Shown here: positions 55,513 through 64,000 of the stretch, one piece after another | Layout: each line of letters begins with the position of its first letter | Numbering within the stretch: position 1 is the first letter of the stretch | From: an uncultured virus (IMG/VR IMGVR_UViG_3300032050_000078) | Lineage: Duplodnaviria; Heunggongvirae; Uroviricota; Caudoviricetes | Virus record (IMG/VR): IMGVR_UViG_3300032050_000078 | Location: 1 to 64,000 of that record | Strand: one strand, 5' to 3' | Length of the DNA stretch: 64,000 nt | Position numbers and translations under genes: made by a program | The notes under the pieces: model-generated | What the model was told of the DNA's origin: nothing | Seen by the model: the letters and a program-made list of their open reading frames with translations, nothing else | Database searches by the model: none

Positions 55513-58500
55513 TAGTCTAATTCTGTATCTATATATATTTTTATAAATCTATTTAATGCGGTTTTTCCGTTTTTTAATCCAAAATAGAAATGGTTTGGTG
55601 AACCAACTAAAACTCCATTAGCCGATGGTAATACGGTAGATGGGTTAGGTTGTGCGGGTGGTACTGCGGGTGGTATTGCGGGTGGTGCTGGCGGTACCGC
55701 AAAATTTGTAATAAACCCATAATAAATGTTAGGGAATGTCTGAGACATATCAGAAGTCTTAAAATAATCGTCCGATACTGCGTCTAAATCTTGATATCCT
55801 CTTTTATAAAAACCACCACCACTACTATCGGTATACCATGTATTGTCTTGATTTCCAAAAATACTATTGGCGTTACTTGTGTCAATTTTCCATTTATATA
55901 ATGGAACTTCTTGTGTATCAGGGTATCCTATATATGTTTGTAATGGAGGATTGGTTTGGAAACTGTAAATATTATACCCAGGTGACAATGCTCTCCTATT
56001 TCTATATTCGTTTTCACTTGTATTATAGAATATCCCAAAAACAGGTTCCCCATTTGTATTTTGTGCAACCCATATATAATCATCAGGATAGTTACCACCG
56101 ATAAACGGATTGACTTGATATTCCGAATTTATTGAGAAGGATTGTGCAATATCTCCATCAATTCTATCTCCAGGTCGATTAAAGAATTGTTCAATACCAC
56201 CATTTTGGATAGATAGTACTTGTTCTAAGAATGTTGAGTTTACTATTCTTGAGATTATTGCTAACTGTAATACATCTGAACTATCTTGATATGAAGTACT
56301 TTTTATTGTATTCGCTAAATATTTACCACTGAAGTCCGGATCCCCACAAATCTCTGATATAAATTCGTCTCTTTTTCCTAAATCCATAATTGTAGTTGGG
56401 AATAGAATTTGTCTTGTATTTTGTGAATCATCTTGTGGTTGATATCCTGTCAAATTAGTGAAGAAGTTACTTATGGTTGGTTGAGGTCCACCAATAAATT
56501 CACCTATATTATCCGCATATGGAGTACTTCTATAATAGAAGTTATTACTAATATCATTAAACATTACAATATCTTCACAGAAATTATAATTAGGTTGTCC
56601 TATTATATTATACGTTGTTTGTTTATTGAATGTTGGCATATATAATGTACCGTTAATCCAATTGTTTTGGAACATATGCCCAAACACTCCTCTACAAGCT
56701 CCAAATATGATTCTAAATCTTGTTCTCCATTCCGCTAAATACTTAATGTCATCTTTAATAGTTTTCACTAATTTGTCATCAACAAAATAATAACATCCAC
56801 CATTAACTCTTTTATTTACACCATTTTCTCCTGTTTGATTAAAAGTACAAGGATCTGAAACACCAAAATTAATTCCCGCACCTGAATAACATTTTAATGG
56901 AACCATTCCTTCACAACTAAATGTTTCCACAATTGTTGACGTAGATCCTGTTCCTAATTCACTAAACGCATCTAAATCATTTAATCCTTGTACTCCATCA
57001 CCTGAAGCGTTAAAGTTAGTTACCTGTCCTTGTTCATCAATTGCGTAGAATGTAAAGTTATTATTTTGATGTAATGGGAATGAGTTATATCCAACAGTAT
57101 CTGTTGAGTCAGATGTAGGTAACCTATCTGATCTAAATATTAAATTTTGACTTGGGGTTATATTTGTTGTTAATGGTATATTACCATTTGCACTCACATG
57201 ATATGCAGGTGCGTAACATCTTGCTAATGGGCTGGTTGTTGAGAATACCGGTGGACCAATAAGTCCAAGTCCTCCATCATAACAAATATAGTTAATTGCA
57301 TTTGTAACCGTAAATGAGCCACCATCAACTCTACCTATAAAATCACTTAATATTGTTGTTGCACCAATAGTACTTTTCCATCTAAAAATTTGAGGTAGTC
57401 CATTACCATTCTCAACTCTACCATTTGCCTCTATCCAGTTTGACATAGGATACCCCGCATCATACGAACCGTGAATATAAGATATTGTTGATTTATCTGT
57501 TGATATGTAATATCGTGGTGAATCGGTTGTGAATGCAGTAAACGCCGAGGTATCTACCGTAAATCCTATTGGTTGATGAAATAAAAATGTATTTGAGTTT
57601 GATGTTGCTAAACTATGTGATTCAGGTGTTTGTTGATCATAATAATATGTCGGGTTACCAGAATTTTGTTGTATCGGAATATTTAAAAAATATTCTCCCG
57701 TAACTGTTGTGGTACCCAATGGTTGTCCAAATAATTCAGATAAATCGTATTTTATTTCTTGTTTTTCAGTATATGGATCAACACCTCTAACTAATATTAA
57801 AATTTCTTGTTGTTGATAATCATTAAACCAAAACCAAGGTGGTGTGTGAGAACTTGCCGTTGGATTTAAATAGCTTATTTTATTTTGAAAGAAGTACTTC
57901 CACAACACTCCTGAATTAGTTACTGTTGATCCAACATAGGTACCTTGTGGTTGTAATGGACCTGTGGATACAAGTTCATCCCATGTATATCCGGCAACTA
58001 CTTGGAAATACTCTATACCTGATTTATATAAATATTCCTTTTCACTTTCAGTACCAACAACAGTTATATCTGATGTTATATTAACACCTAAGTCATTCAT
58101 ATAAGTTAAAGGTACTGTATATGTGCCAACCCCTAATGTAGTCCCTGTTATTGCATTTCCCCCAAATTGATTTTCGGTACCACCTGTAACATTAAAGTCA
58201 TTAGTATTCACCGGATTAGTAAAAGAAATTACTTTACCCACTAACTGACTAATTGTGCCCTGATCCGCTAACATTATCATTGATAAATCTTGATATGAAT
58301 TACCACCAACACCTAAAGTTGTTGTACCAACCAATGTTGGGTTTGGTGTTACTGTGATTCTGTTTCTAGCGGTAATATCAAAGTATCTCGATCTAAGATT
58401 AGCCATGTTCATTGATTGAGCCAATGTCATACCATCACCAAATCTTTTAAACAATTGTCCCGAATTAGCACTAGCACCATCAGGACCTAATTCCTCCCAT

Positions 58501-60776
58501 ATTGGTACTTTATAATAAACTCTAGCGGGATTAACTGCCCCAGCAAATAATTGTTGAGAACCTTGATCCCAAGCCGTTTGGTCCGGAGTTGAGGAAAAGG
58601 TTAATCCGCAAGGATTGTTTGTGGGATTCAATGTCCAAGTACTATAACTACCTAAAGTACCTAAATCACTTAATATTGATATATTAATACCTAACGCCGC
58701 GGCATTCCAAGAACCCGCAACAGAACTTGATGTTACCAAACTCTCATCAGGACAAGAACAAGCCTCACAATCAGGATATGTCATCATTGGTAATGATAAC
58801 CTTTTGAATGGGTTATCTTCACTCATTGGTTCTAATGTTTCTTTTTTACATTCAACATTACCTCCTAAATTTTTAACAATTTTACATATGTTATAAACAA
58901 TACCATTAACTAATTTTATAACAAAGTTAGCTATTGCAACTATTATTGGATATATTAATGCCAATACGTGATTTACAACTATTATAATAACAATCATTGG
59001 TGATACTATTGCAAGTAACAAAGTGAATAAGAAGAATATGAAGTCAAAATTCCTAACTAAATCATTAACAGGTAATTTGTTATTTTCACTCTGACAAGTT
59101 CTATTTGTAATTTCTTTAATCCCAAGATGTCTGGCTCTATTGCTACCATTTTTATACCTATCAATAAATGAACTTACGGTATAAACTTTATTGTAATGAA
59201 ATTTATAAAAACTATCCTCACAATCAATTGCCGCTTGAGTATCATAATAATCATCCCAATCTAAACTGAATGCGTAAGATCTTAATAGGTTAAATAGTGG
59301 TTCGTCATATATTGTGAACACAATATCAATAGGTTGTGTATTATCTATTGGTATTGCATTAAATGTAATTATATTGTTGACATTGGGTAATGGTACACTA
59401 TCCAAACTACCATAATATGGAACTCCGTTTACTTCAATTGTTAATTGTTGTGTATTTACCACACTATTAAGAAAGAACCCCCCTCTAGGTATTGGTCCAA
59501 CAGACAATGATGTTGATCCAACAGGTATTGACGCTTGATATTCACTTGTATATGTATCAGAATTTTTAAATGGATCATTATTCTCATCAGTACTATTCCA
59601 TCCGTGTTCTTTAATATTAGGTACCAAATAGTTACCTCTCATAAAGTTATTTTGCAAACCCTCTTCGTTTTGCCACTTAATTTTAAATCTGTACTTTGAA
59701 GTGGTTGGTATTCCCACTTTTGGATCGTTAGATAATACCTGTTCACCAAATTCATTTGTTGTTACATAATCCAAATTCATTGGTAAATTAACCAACCAAG
59801 TACCCTCACCATCAATTATCTTACCATCCTGTTCTAATCTATATTGTTCAAGAACAGGATATCCATTATCATCAGTATTAATTGTTTGTCTAATTGCCAA
59901 TATTTGTCCAGGACCCGCAATTAGTTCACACATATTTCCTGTGTTAATCTTTGGTTTACAACTTTTCTTAACCGCATCCTCATTTGTTGTTGAGAACATT
60001 GAACCCATAAACACAGAAGTCGGTTGTATGTTTACATTAGCAGATGCCGTTAAATCAAAATCAACTCTTGTGATACCCAATAAACAAATTTCAGGTTCAC
60101 CCCATAATGGTTGTACTTGAACTATTTTATTTAATGTTTTAACTTGTGGTAATTCTCGTAAGTTGGTTGAAGTTTTGAACTTGTTCCCATCAACTTGAGT
60201 TTCTGTTGCTAATCCTGAGTTAATTAAATCTTGTGGTGATAATGAGAAACACCCAATATCGGATAAATCAACATCCATAAATATTGTTTGTTCTCCAGTT
60301 GGTACCCCAAATATCATATAGTCACCACTTTCATTTGTTTTTACAGTAAACTTATAATATTTGTCGTATACCTCAACTAATGCTGCATCGGTTAAAACAT
60401 CCTCTCTACTTGGAAATGTACCTGTTGCTGAATGTCCTTGATATGAAGGTTCATAAGGTAATAAATTATATCTATAACCATCGTCATTTAAATCATCAAT
60501 GTTTTTATATGGATATAATTGAGAAATAATTGGGTTTTGTTCATCTTCGTCAGTTATTGGGATGAACACCGATACTTTAGCGTTTGGTACCCCAAAACCT
60601 CCGTTAACTAATACTCTACCTACAACAACACCGTAATCAGAACACATACGAGTGTATATATCATTTTGAAATATCTTCAAAGATAAAATCTCCAAGTATT
60701 CAAAATCCTGATCTAATTGTATTTTTATGGATTTATCTACACCTGGCTCGGTTCTAATTCTATATGATTTTGGCAT
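55512..60776 (-). CDS. Large baseplate-associated protein, 1754 aa, with an N-terminal prealbumin/carboxypeptidase-regulatory-like domain and an internal hydrophobic hairpin
   Basis: GRVLVNGGFGVPNAKVSVF...TNESGDYMIFGVP, and hydrophobic FIFFLFTLLLAIVSPMIVIIIVV...IIVAIANFVI. Confidence 0.7.
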   Translation of the reverse strand: MPKSYRIRTEPGVDKSIKIQLDQDFEYLEILSLKIFQNDIYTRMCSDYGVVVGRVLVNGGFGVPNAKVSVFIPITDEDEQNPIISQLYPYKNIDDLNDDGYRYNLLPYEPSYQGHSATGTFPSREDVLTDAALVEVYDKYYKFTVKTNESGDYMIFGVPTGEQTIFMDVDLSDIGCFSLSPQDLINSGLATETQVDGNKFKTSTNLRELPQVKTLNKIVQVQPLWGEPEICLLGITRVDFDLTASANVNIQPTSVFMGSMFSTTNEDAVKKSCKPKINTGNMCELIAGPGQILAIRQTINTDDNGYPVLEQYRLEQDGKIIDGEGTWLVNLPMNLDYVTTNEFGEQVLSNDPKVGIPTTSKYRFKIKWQNEEGLQNNFMRGNYLVPNIKEHGWNSTDENNDPFKNSDTYTSEYQASIPVGSTSLSVGPIPRGGFFLNSVVNTQQLTIEVNGVPYYGSLDSVPLPNVNNIITFNAIPIDNTQPIDIVFTIYDEPLFNLLRSYAFSLDWDDYYDTQAAIDCEDSFYKFHYNKVYTVSSFIDRYKNGSNRARHLGIKEITNRTCQSENNKLPVNDLVRNFDFIFFLFTLLLAIVSPMIVIIIVVNHVLALIYPIIVAIANFVIKLVNGIVYNICKIVKNLGGNVECKKETLEPMSEDNPFKRLSLPMMTYPDCEACSCPDESLVTSSSVAGSWNAAALGINISILSDLGTLGSYSTWTLNPTNNPCGLTFSSTPDQTAWDQGSQQLFAGAVNPARVYYKVPIWEELGPDGASANSGQLFKRFGDGMTLAQSMNMANLRSRYFDITARNRITVTPNPTLVGTTTLGVGGNSYQDLSMIMLADQGTISQLVGKVISFTNPVNTNDFNVTGGTENQFGGNAITGTTLGVGTYTVPLTYMNDLGVNITSDITVVGTESEKEYLYKSGIEYFQVVAGYTWDELVSTGPLQPQGTYVGSTVTNSGVLWKYFFQNKISYLNPTASSHTPPWFWFNDYQQQEILILVRGVDPYTEKQEIKYDLSELFGQPLGTTTVTGEYFLNIPIQQNSGNPTYYYDQQTPESHSLATSNSNTFLFHQPIGFTVDTSAFTAFTTDSPRYYISTDKSTISYIHGSYDAGYPMSNWIEANGRVENGNGLPQIFRWKSTIGATTILSDFIGRVDGGSFTVTNAINYICYDGGLGLIGPPVFSTTSPLARCYAPAYHVSANGNIPLTTNITPSQNLIFRSDRLPTSDSTDTVGYNSFPLHQNNNFTFYAIDEQGQVTNFNASGDGVQGLNDLDAFSELGTGSTSTIVETFSCEGMVPLKCYSGAGINFGVSDPCTFNQTGENGVNKRVNGGCYYFVDDKLVKTIKDDIKYLAEWRTRFRIIFGACRGVFGHMFQNNWINGTLYMPTFNKQTTYNIIGQPNYNFCEDIVMFNDISNNFYYRSTPYADNIGEFIGGPQPTISNFFTNLTGYQPQDDSQNTRQILFPTTIMDLGKRDEFISEICGDPDFSGKYLANTIKSTSYQDSSDVLQLAIISRIVNSTFLEQVLSIQNGGIEQFFNRPGDRIDGDIAQSFSINSEYQVNPFIGGNYPDDYIWVAQNTNGEPVFGIFYNTSENEYRNRRALSPGYNIYSFQTNPPLQTYIGYPDTQEVPLYKWKIDTSNANSIFGNQDNTWYTDSSGGGFYKRGYQDLDAVSDDYFKTSDMSQTFPNIYYGFITNFAVPPAPPAIPPAVPPAQPNPSTVLPSANGVLVGSPNHFYFGLKNGKTALNRFIKIYIDTELD

Positions 60777-60848
60777 TAAATTCTTTTTTTGATAAATAGT
60801 TTATTTCCTATTTTCAAAAAATAATTCTTTTATTCTAAAAATAAATCA

Positions 60849-62687
60849 TCAAGAGAAATTCACCGTTTTTAAATTAAGAACTCTAACATTAATATCTTTA
60901 TTTGGATATCTAATTTGGTAAATTTGAGTTGGTTCTGCAAATATAGTGTCAGTAATTAATCCAATCTCTTTAGTTGCCGAATCAGAGTAAGGTTGTGATG
61001 TTTGTGATGATGAATATTGTCCTCCAACATTATTAATAAAACTTATATCGGAAATACTAATAACCCCATTTTCATTTTGAATTAATCGTCTTATTTCGGA
61101 TACATAAACATTCTCACCCATCTGTCTTTGTAATGGACTAAAATAGTTTGATATAATATCAATTATTTTAGTAACTACCGCACCTTGATTTTGACTCGCA
61201 TCTAATACTACATCAACATTAACACTTAAGTCAATAACATTTGCAGTTTCAATTGAGATATAGTCATTTATCATTCTATAATTAGAAAGGTAATTGGCGA
61301 CATTATTTTTTAATGTATTTGATATTACTTCAGTTAATTTACCTTCAGCGTCGTAAGATAACATTTTAATTTTAATTTTGTTGTTTTCTTCCGTAATTGC
61401 AACTTTACCAGGTGCCCCAAATTGTGACGGCATATTTCTTAAAATGGATTCATAATCATTTATAGTTACCGCTCTATTTTGTGCGGCAAAATTATATGTC
61501 ACATATTGTCTAACTTCTTCTGTTGATGGAGCATTTGCCCCTCCAATTGCCGCAGTAACATTATTACATGATAATGAATTAATAACAGTAGTATTTACGG
61601 ATTGTGACGGTCCATTCACATAAAATGAAACGGTACCTATTTGATTTATAATATTAACACCTAAATTCGTTCCTTGTCCACCACCGACTCTATATTGTAT
61701 GAATAGTGTTGAGTTAGATTTTAAAGCCGCACCCAAAGCTAAATTATTAATATATTTACTTAAATCTAATTGATATCCATTTCTTGCAAAATCTCTTAAT
61801 TGTTCGTCTGCAGAAACATTACCACCACCAAAAGTTAATTTCATAAACCCTTCAGGTGTATATTCAGTAATTAATTTATTATCTGTGGTTATGTATTTAC
61901 CGACTTTAACTCCTGGTTGATCAGATACCTTTGTAGGGTCTTCAATAAACACTCTATTCTCAACTAAAGCAGGTACTTCATACCATCTATTTTCTAAACC
62001 TAAAAACTCCTGTGGACTTGGTACCGTAGAATATTGTGTACCATCTTTTAATAATACACTTGTGATTCCCAATACATTTTTTTCAGGTAAGAAAAGTTCA
62101 AAGAATGGTTTAACATCATTTGGAGTTACAACTCTTCTAAATACTTTTGTTACTCCATTAACTACCACTTCTCTTTTTACAATTGTATAGTTAACTAATT
62201 TACCACTACCATCAAAATTAGGTATTTTTAATCTATTTGGTGATCCTTCAGCATTAATTGCCGATGCAAAATCAATATCATATACAGTTTCAAAAGGTTG
62301 TCCAGCACCATTAACTTGTGAACCTCTTCTCAAAATACCACAATATCTTAAATCTTCTCTATCCCCAAACGCAGGAACTGTAATTGAGAAGTCAACCAAT
62401 GCAACTGAAGGTCTCAACCCAGGTATTTTTAAACCATAAGTTCTTGCAATATTATAGATTGATGATTTTTGTTGTGCGTATTGTAATACGGTTTCTTGGA
62501 TACTTCTATCAATATTAAAATGTAGGTTGTCGGTTACTGCGGCATTTAAGTCTAACATTACCGAAAATATTCCAGCATCATTAAAATTCTGAACTAAATC
62601 AGGATAATAAGTTCTTGTAAAATTTATTAACTCAGTTCTTATCCCCTGAAAATCTCTCGTTGTGTACGATATTTTTTTATTTGCCAT
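60849..62687 (-). CDS. Baseplate wedge protein (T4 gp6 / baseplate J-like)
   Basis: YTTRDFQGIRTELI, IARTYG, YRVGGG, AAIGG and QNRAVTINDY motifs. Confidence 0.85.
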   Translation of the reverse strand: MANKKISYTTRDFQGIRTELINFTRTYYPDLVQNFNDAGIFSVMLDLNAAVTDNLHFNIDRSIQETVLQYAQQKSSIYNIARTYGLKIPGLRPSVALVDFSITVPAFGDREDLRYCGILRRGSQVNGAGQPFETVYDIDFASAINAEGSPNRLKIPNFDGSGKLVNYTIVKREVVVNGVTKVFRRVVTPNDVKPFFELFLPEKNVLGITSVLLKDGTQYSTVPSPQEFLGLENRWYEVPALVENRVFIEDPTKVSDQPGVKVGKYITTDNKLITEYTPEGFMKLTFGGGNVSADEQLRDFARNGYQLDLSKYINNLALGAALKSNSTLFIQYRVGGGQGTNLGVNIINQIGTVSFYVNGPSQSVNTTVINSLSCNNVTAAIGGANAPSTEEVRQYVTYNFAAQNRAVTINDYESILRNMPSQFGAPGKVAITEENNKIKIKMLSYDAEGKLTEVISNTLKNNVANYLSNYRMINDYISIETANVIDLSVNVDVVLDASQNQGAVVTKIIDIISNYFSPLQRQMGENVYVSEIRRLIQNENGVISISDISFINNVGGQYSSSQTSQPYSDSATKEIGLITDTIFAEPTQIYQIRYPNKDINVRVLNLKTVNFS

Positions 62688-62693
62688 ATACTA

Positions 62694-63152
62694 TTAAATA
62701 TTAATAATAACAAAATCACTTGATTCAAAAGCGGTATTAGTCGTTTTATAATCAATTCTAATTTTTGCCGTGTGTTCTAATTGTGATATATTTGAGACAG
62801 TATATTCTCTTTTATCCTCACCATTTATGTATGTTCCTTTATTTTCTTCTTCCATTGAGGCATCTGTTATTTTAACATTAGTAACAGTTAAACCTGGCAT
62901 ATAAGTTGATACCGAATCTCTAATCTCTGATTCTATTTCCGAAAATGTAGGTCCATCCAATGGTTCAAAAATATATTCATATAGTCTAGTACCAAAATCA
63001 GGTAAAAAATACCTAGTACCTTTTCTTGTTAAAAGTAAATGAATAAGATTACTCCTCACTTCTTCATCTGTTGTATCAGAACAATCTAAATACTTTCCCA
63101 CATACGAATTTTGAAAGGGGAAATTTATTCCATATGTTACTCCATTTGCCAT
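62694..63152 (-). CDS. Baseplate wedge gp25 / GPW family protein
   Basis: VRSNLIHLLLTRKGTRYFLPDFGTRLYEYIFEP. Confidence 0.92.
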   Translation of the reverse strand: MANGVTYGINFPFQNSYVGKYLDCSDTTDEEVRSNLIHLLLTRKGTRYFLPDFGTRLYEYIFEPLDGPTFSEIESEIRDSVSTYMPGLTVTNVKITDASMEEENKGTYINGEDKREYTVSNISQLEHTAKIRIDYKTTNTAFESSDFVIINI

Positions 63153-63187
63153 ATCTAATAAATATAATGTTGGGAAGTTTTATATAA

Positions 63188-63215
63188 ATAAAAAATCCCA
63201 ACATAAGTCGGGATT
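63188..63215 (-). terminator. Intrinsic terminator after nrdA
   Basis: Minus strand AATCCCGAC-TTAT-GTTGGGATT followed by TTTT. Confidence 0.75.
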
Positions 63216-63220
63216 ATATT

Positions 63221-64000
63221 TTAGGATGAACATCCAAAACAATCAAATTCACTATTTTCAGGTTTTGGTGGTAGATTCATGTTTGAATAGTCCACTTTGG
63301 GAACAAATGGTGTTGCTTTTGGTTTTTCTACTTTTGACATATCAACCGCCAAGTGTTTTGCCCCTGTGGAAATTGCCTTGGTTCTAACATAATAACAAAG
63401 AGTTTTCAAACCTTTTTCCCACGAGTGGAAATGTGATGATGTAATCTTTGACAATGTTGGGTTCGCCATATAGATATTCATTGATTGTGATTGATCAATA
63501 AATGGTGCTCTGTCTGCCGCCATATCAATCAATTCTCTTTGTGAAATCTCCCAAATTGTTTTATACTTTGGAATCAAATGCTCAATTCGTTTAACTTTCT
63601 TATTGTAGTGTTTATCTTCAGTATCTAAATAATTGTTAAAGTTAATGTTTTGAATCGATCCCTCATTGATAATAATTTCATTCTTCAAATCCTCAGACCA
63701 AATACCCATTTTTTCAAAGTCATTAATGAGGTATTTATTCACAATCATAATTTCACCACCTACCACTCTTCTGTTAAACAATGCTGAATGTGCGGGTTCT
63801 GTCATTTCAAATGAACCTGTAATTTTCGCTGAAGATGCTACAGGCATTTGTGCCGTGAATAATGAATTACATACCCCAAATTCTTTTACATCTTCTTTAA
63901 GTTGGTTCCAATCCCAGTATCCTGATAAATCACTTTCATTCAATCCCCACATATCAAATTGGAATATACCTTGTGACATTGGCGATCCTTCAAAGAATTT
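63221..64000 (-). CDS. nrdA: Ribonucleoside-diphosphate reductase alpha subunit, C-terminal part; runs off the right edge
   Basis: NSLFTAQMPVASS, FIDQSQSMN, GLKTLCYYVRT and C-terminal CFGCSS. Frame is open to 64000. Confidence 0.95.
   Translation of the reverse strand, partial: KFFEGSPMSQGIFQFDMWGLNESDLSGYWDWNQLKEDVKEFGVCNSLFTAQMPVASSAKITGSFEMTEPAHSALFNRRVVGGEIMIVNKYLINDFEKMGIWSEDLKNEIIINEGSIQNINFNNYLDTEDKHYNKKVKRIEHLIPKYKTIWEISQRELIDMAADRAPFIDQSQSMNIYMANPTLSKITSSHFHSWEKGLKTLCYYVRTKAISTGAKHLAVDMSKVEKPKATPFVPKVDYSNMNLPPKPENSEFDCFGCSS

Noticed and set aside
157..56645. Many short ORF-track entries antisense or out of frame to long genes (e.g. 157..357, 1157..1348, 9724..10032, 27554..27964, 29084..29812, 43967..44284)
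   Set aside because: They are shadow ORFs fully overlapping well-supported genes. 29084..29812 is simply the antisense of a low-complexity repeat gene.
1..64000. Alternative genetic code (stop-codon reassignment)
   Set aside because: Standard code 11 gives long intact ORFs and near-complete coding density. TGA acts as stop in ATGA overlaps.
1..64000. Eukaryotic giant virus or bacterial chromosome origin (DnaJ, GSII, LRR, NrdA)
   Set aside because: Sigma-70, bacterial promoters and terminators, an amidase and gp25/gp6 baseplate genes indicate a tailed bacteriophage. There are no housekeeping operons.
1..64000. tRNA/rRNA genes, introns, inteins, transposases, integrase
   Set aside because: None recognised by eye. 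Intergenic gaps are too short, apart from 12295-12450, which lacks tRNA T-loop and cloverleaf features.

Overview
AT-rich, gene-dense 64 kb segment of a large (probably jumbo) contractile-tailed dsDNA phage, most likely infecting Bacteroidota. The host call rests on four perfect TTTG-N19-TAnnTTTG promoters, a Bacteroidota-type primary sigma factor, SprB repeats, an Hc1-like protein and A-rich leaders without Shine-Dalgarno sequences. Most genes are on the minus strand. The left 35 kb holds metabolic, regulatory and replication genes: three DNA methyltransferases (one paired with a PD-(D/E)XK nuclease), a SAM-methyltransferase/DUF3310 fusion, glutamine synthetase II, thioredoxin and glutaredoxin, DnaJ, sigma-70, SbcC/SbcD, a RecB/Cas4-like nuclease, primase, RuvC, an amidase and many hypothetical proteins. 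The right 29 kb is a baseplate and tail-fibre module (gp25, gp6-like, wedge, SprB-repeat, PKD, Pro-Thr-repeat and two Gly-rich repeat fibres), followed by the 3' end of nrdA. Best candidates for new biology: (1) an apparently catalytically dead, two-domain MetK-like protein beside very acidic, possibly injected proteins (a possible anti-restriction module); (2) a ~150-nt structured non-coding transcript with its own promoter and terminator; (3) a recurring TATTTAT late-promoter motif linked to a putative capsid-targeting [LI]-x-E leader family; (4) 11-bp iteron-like repeats inside a CDS. All family assignments are by motif recognition only; no searches were run.
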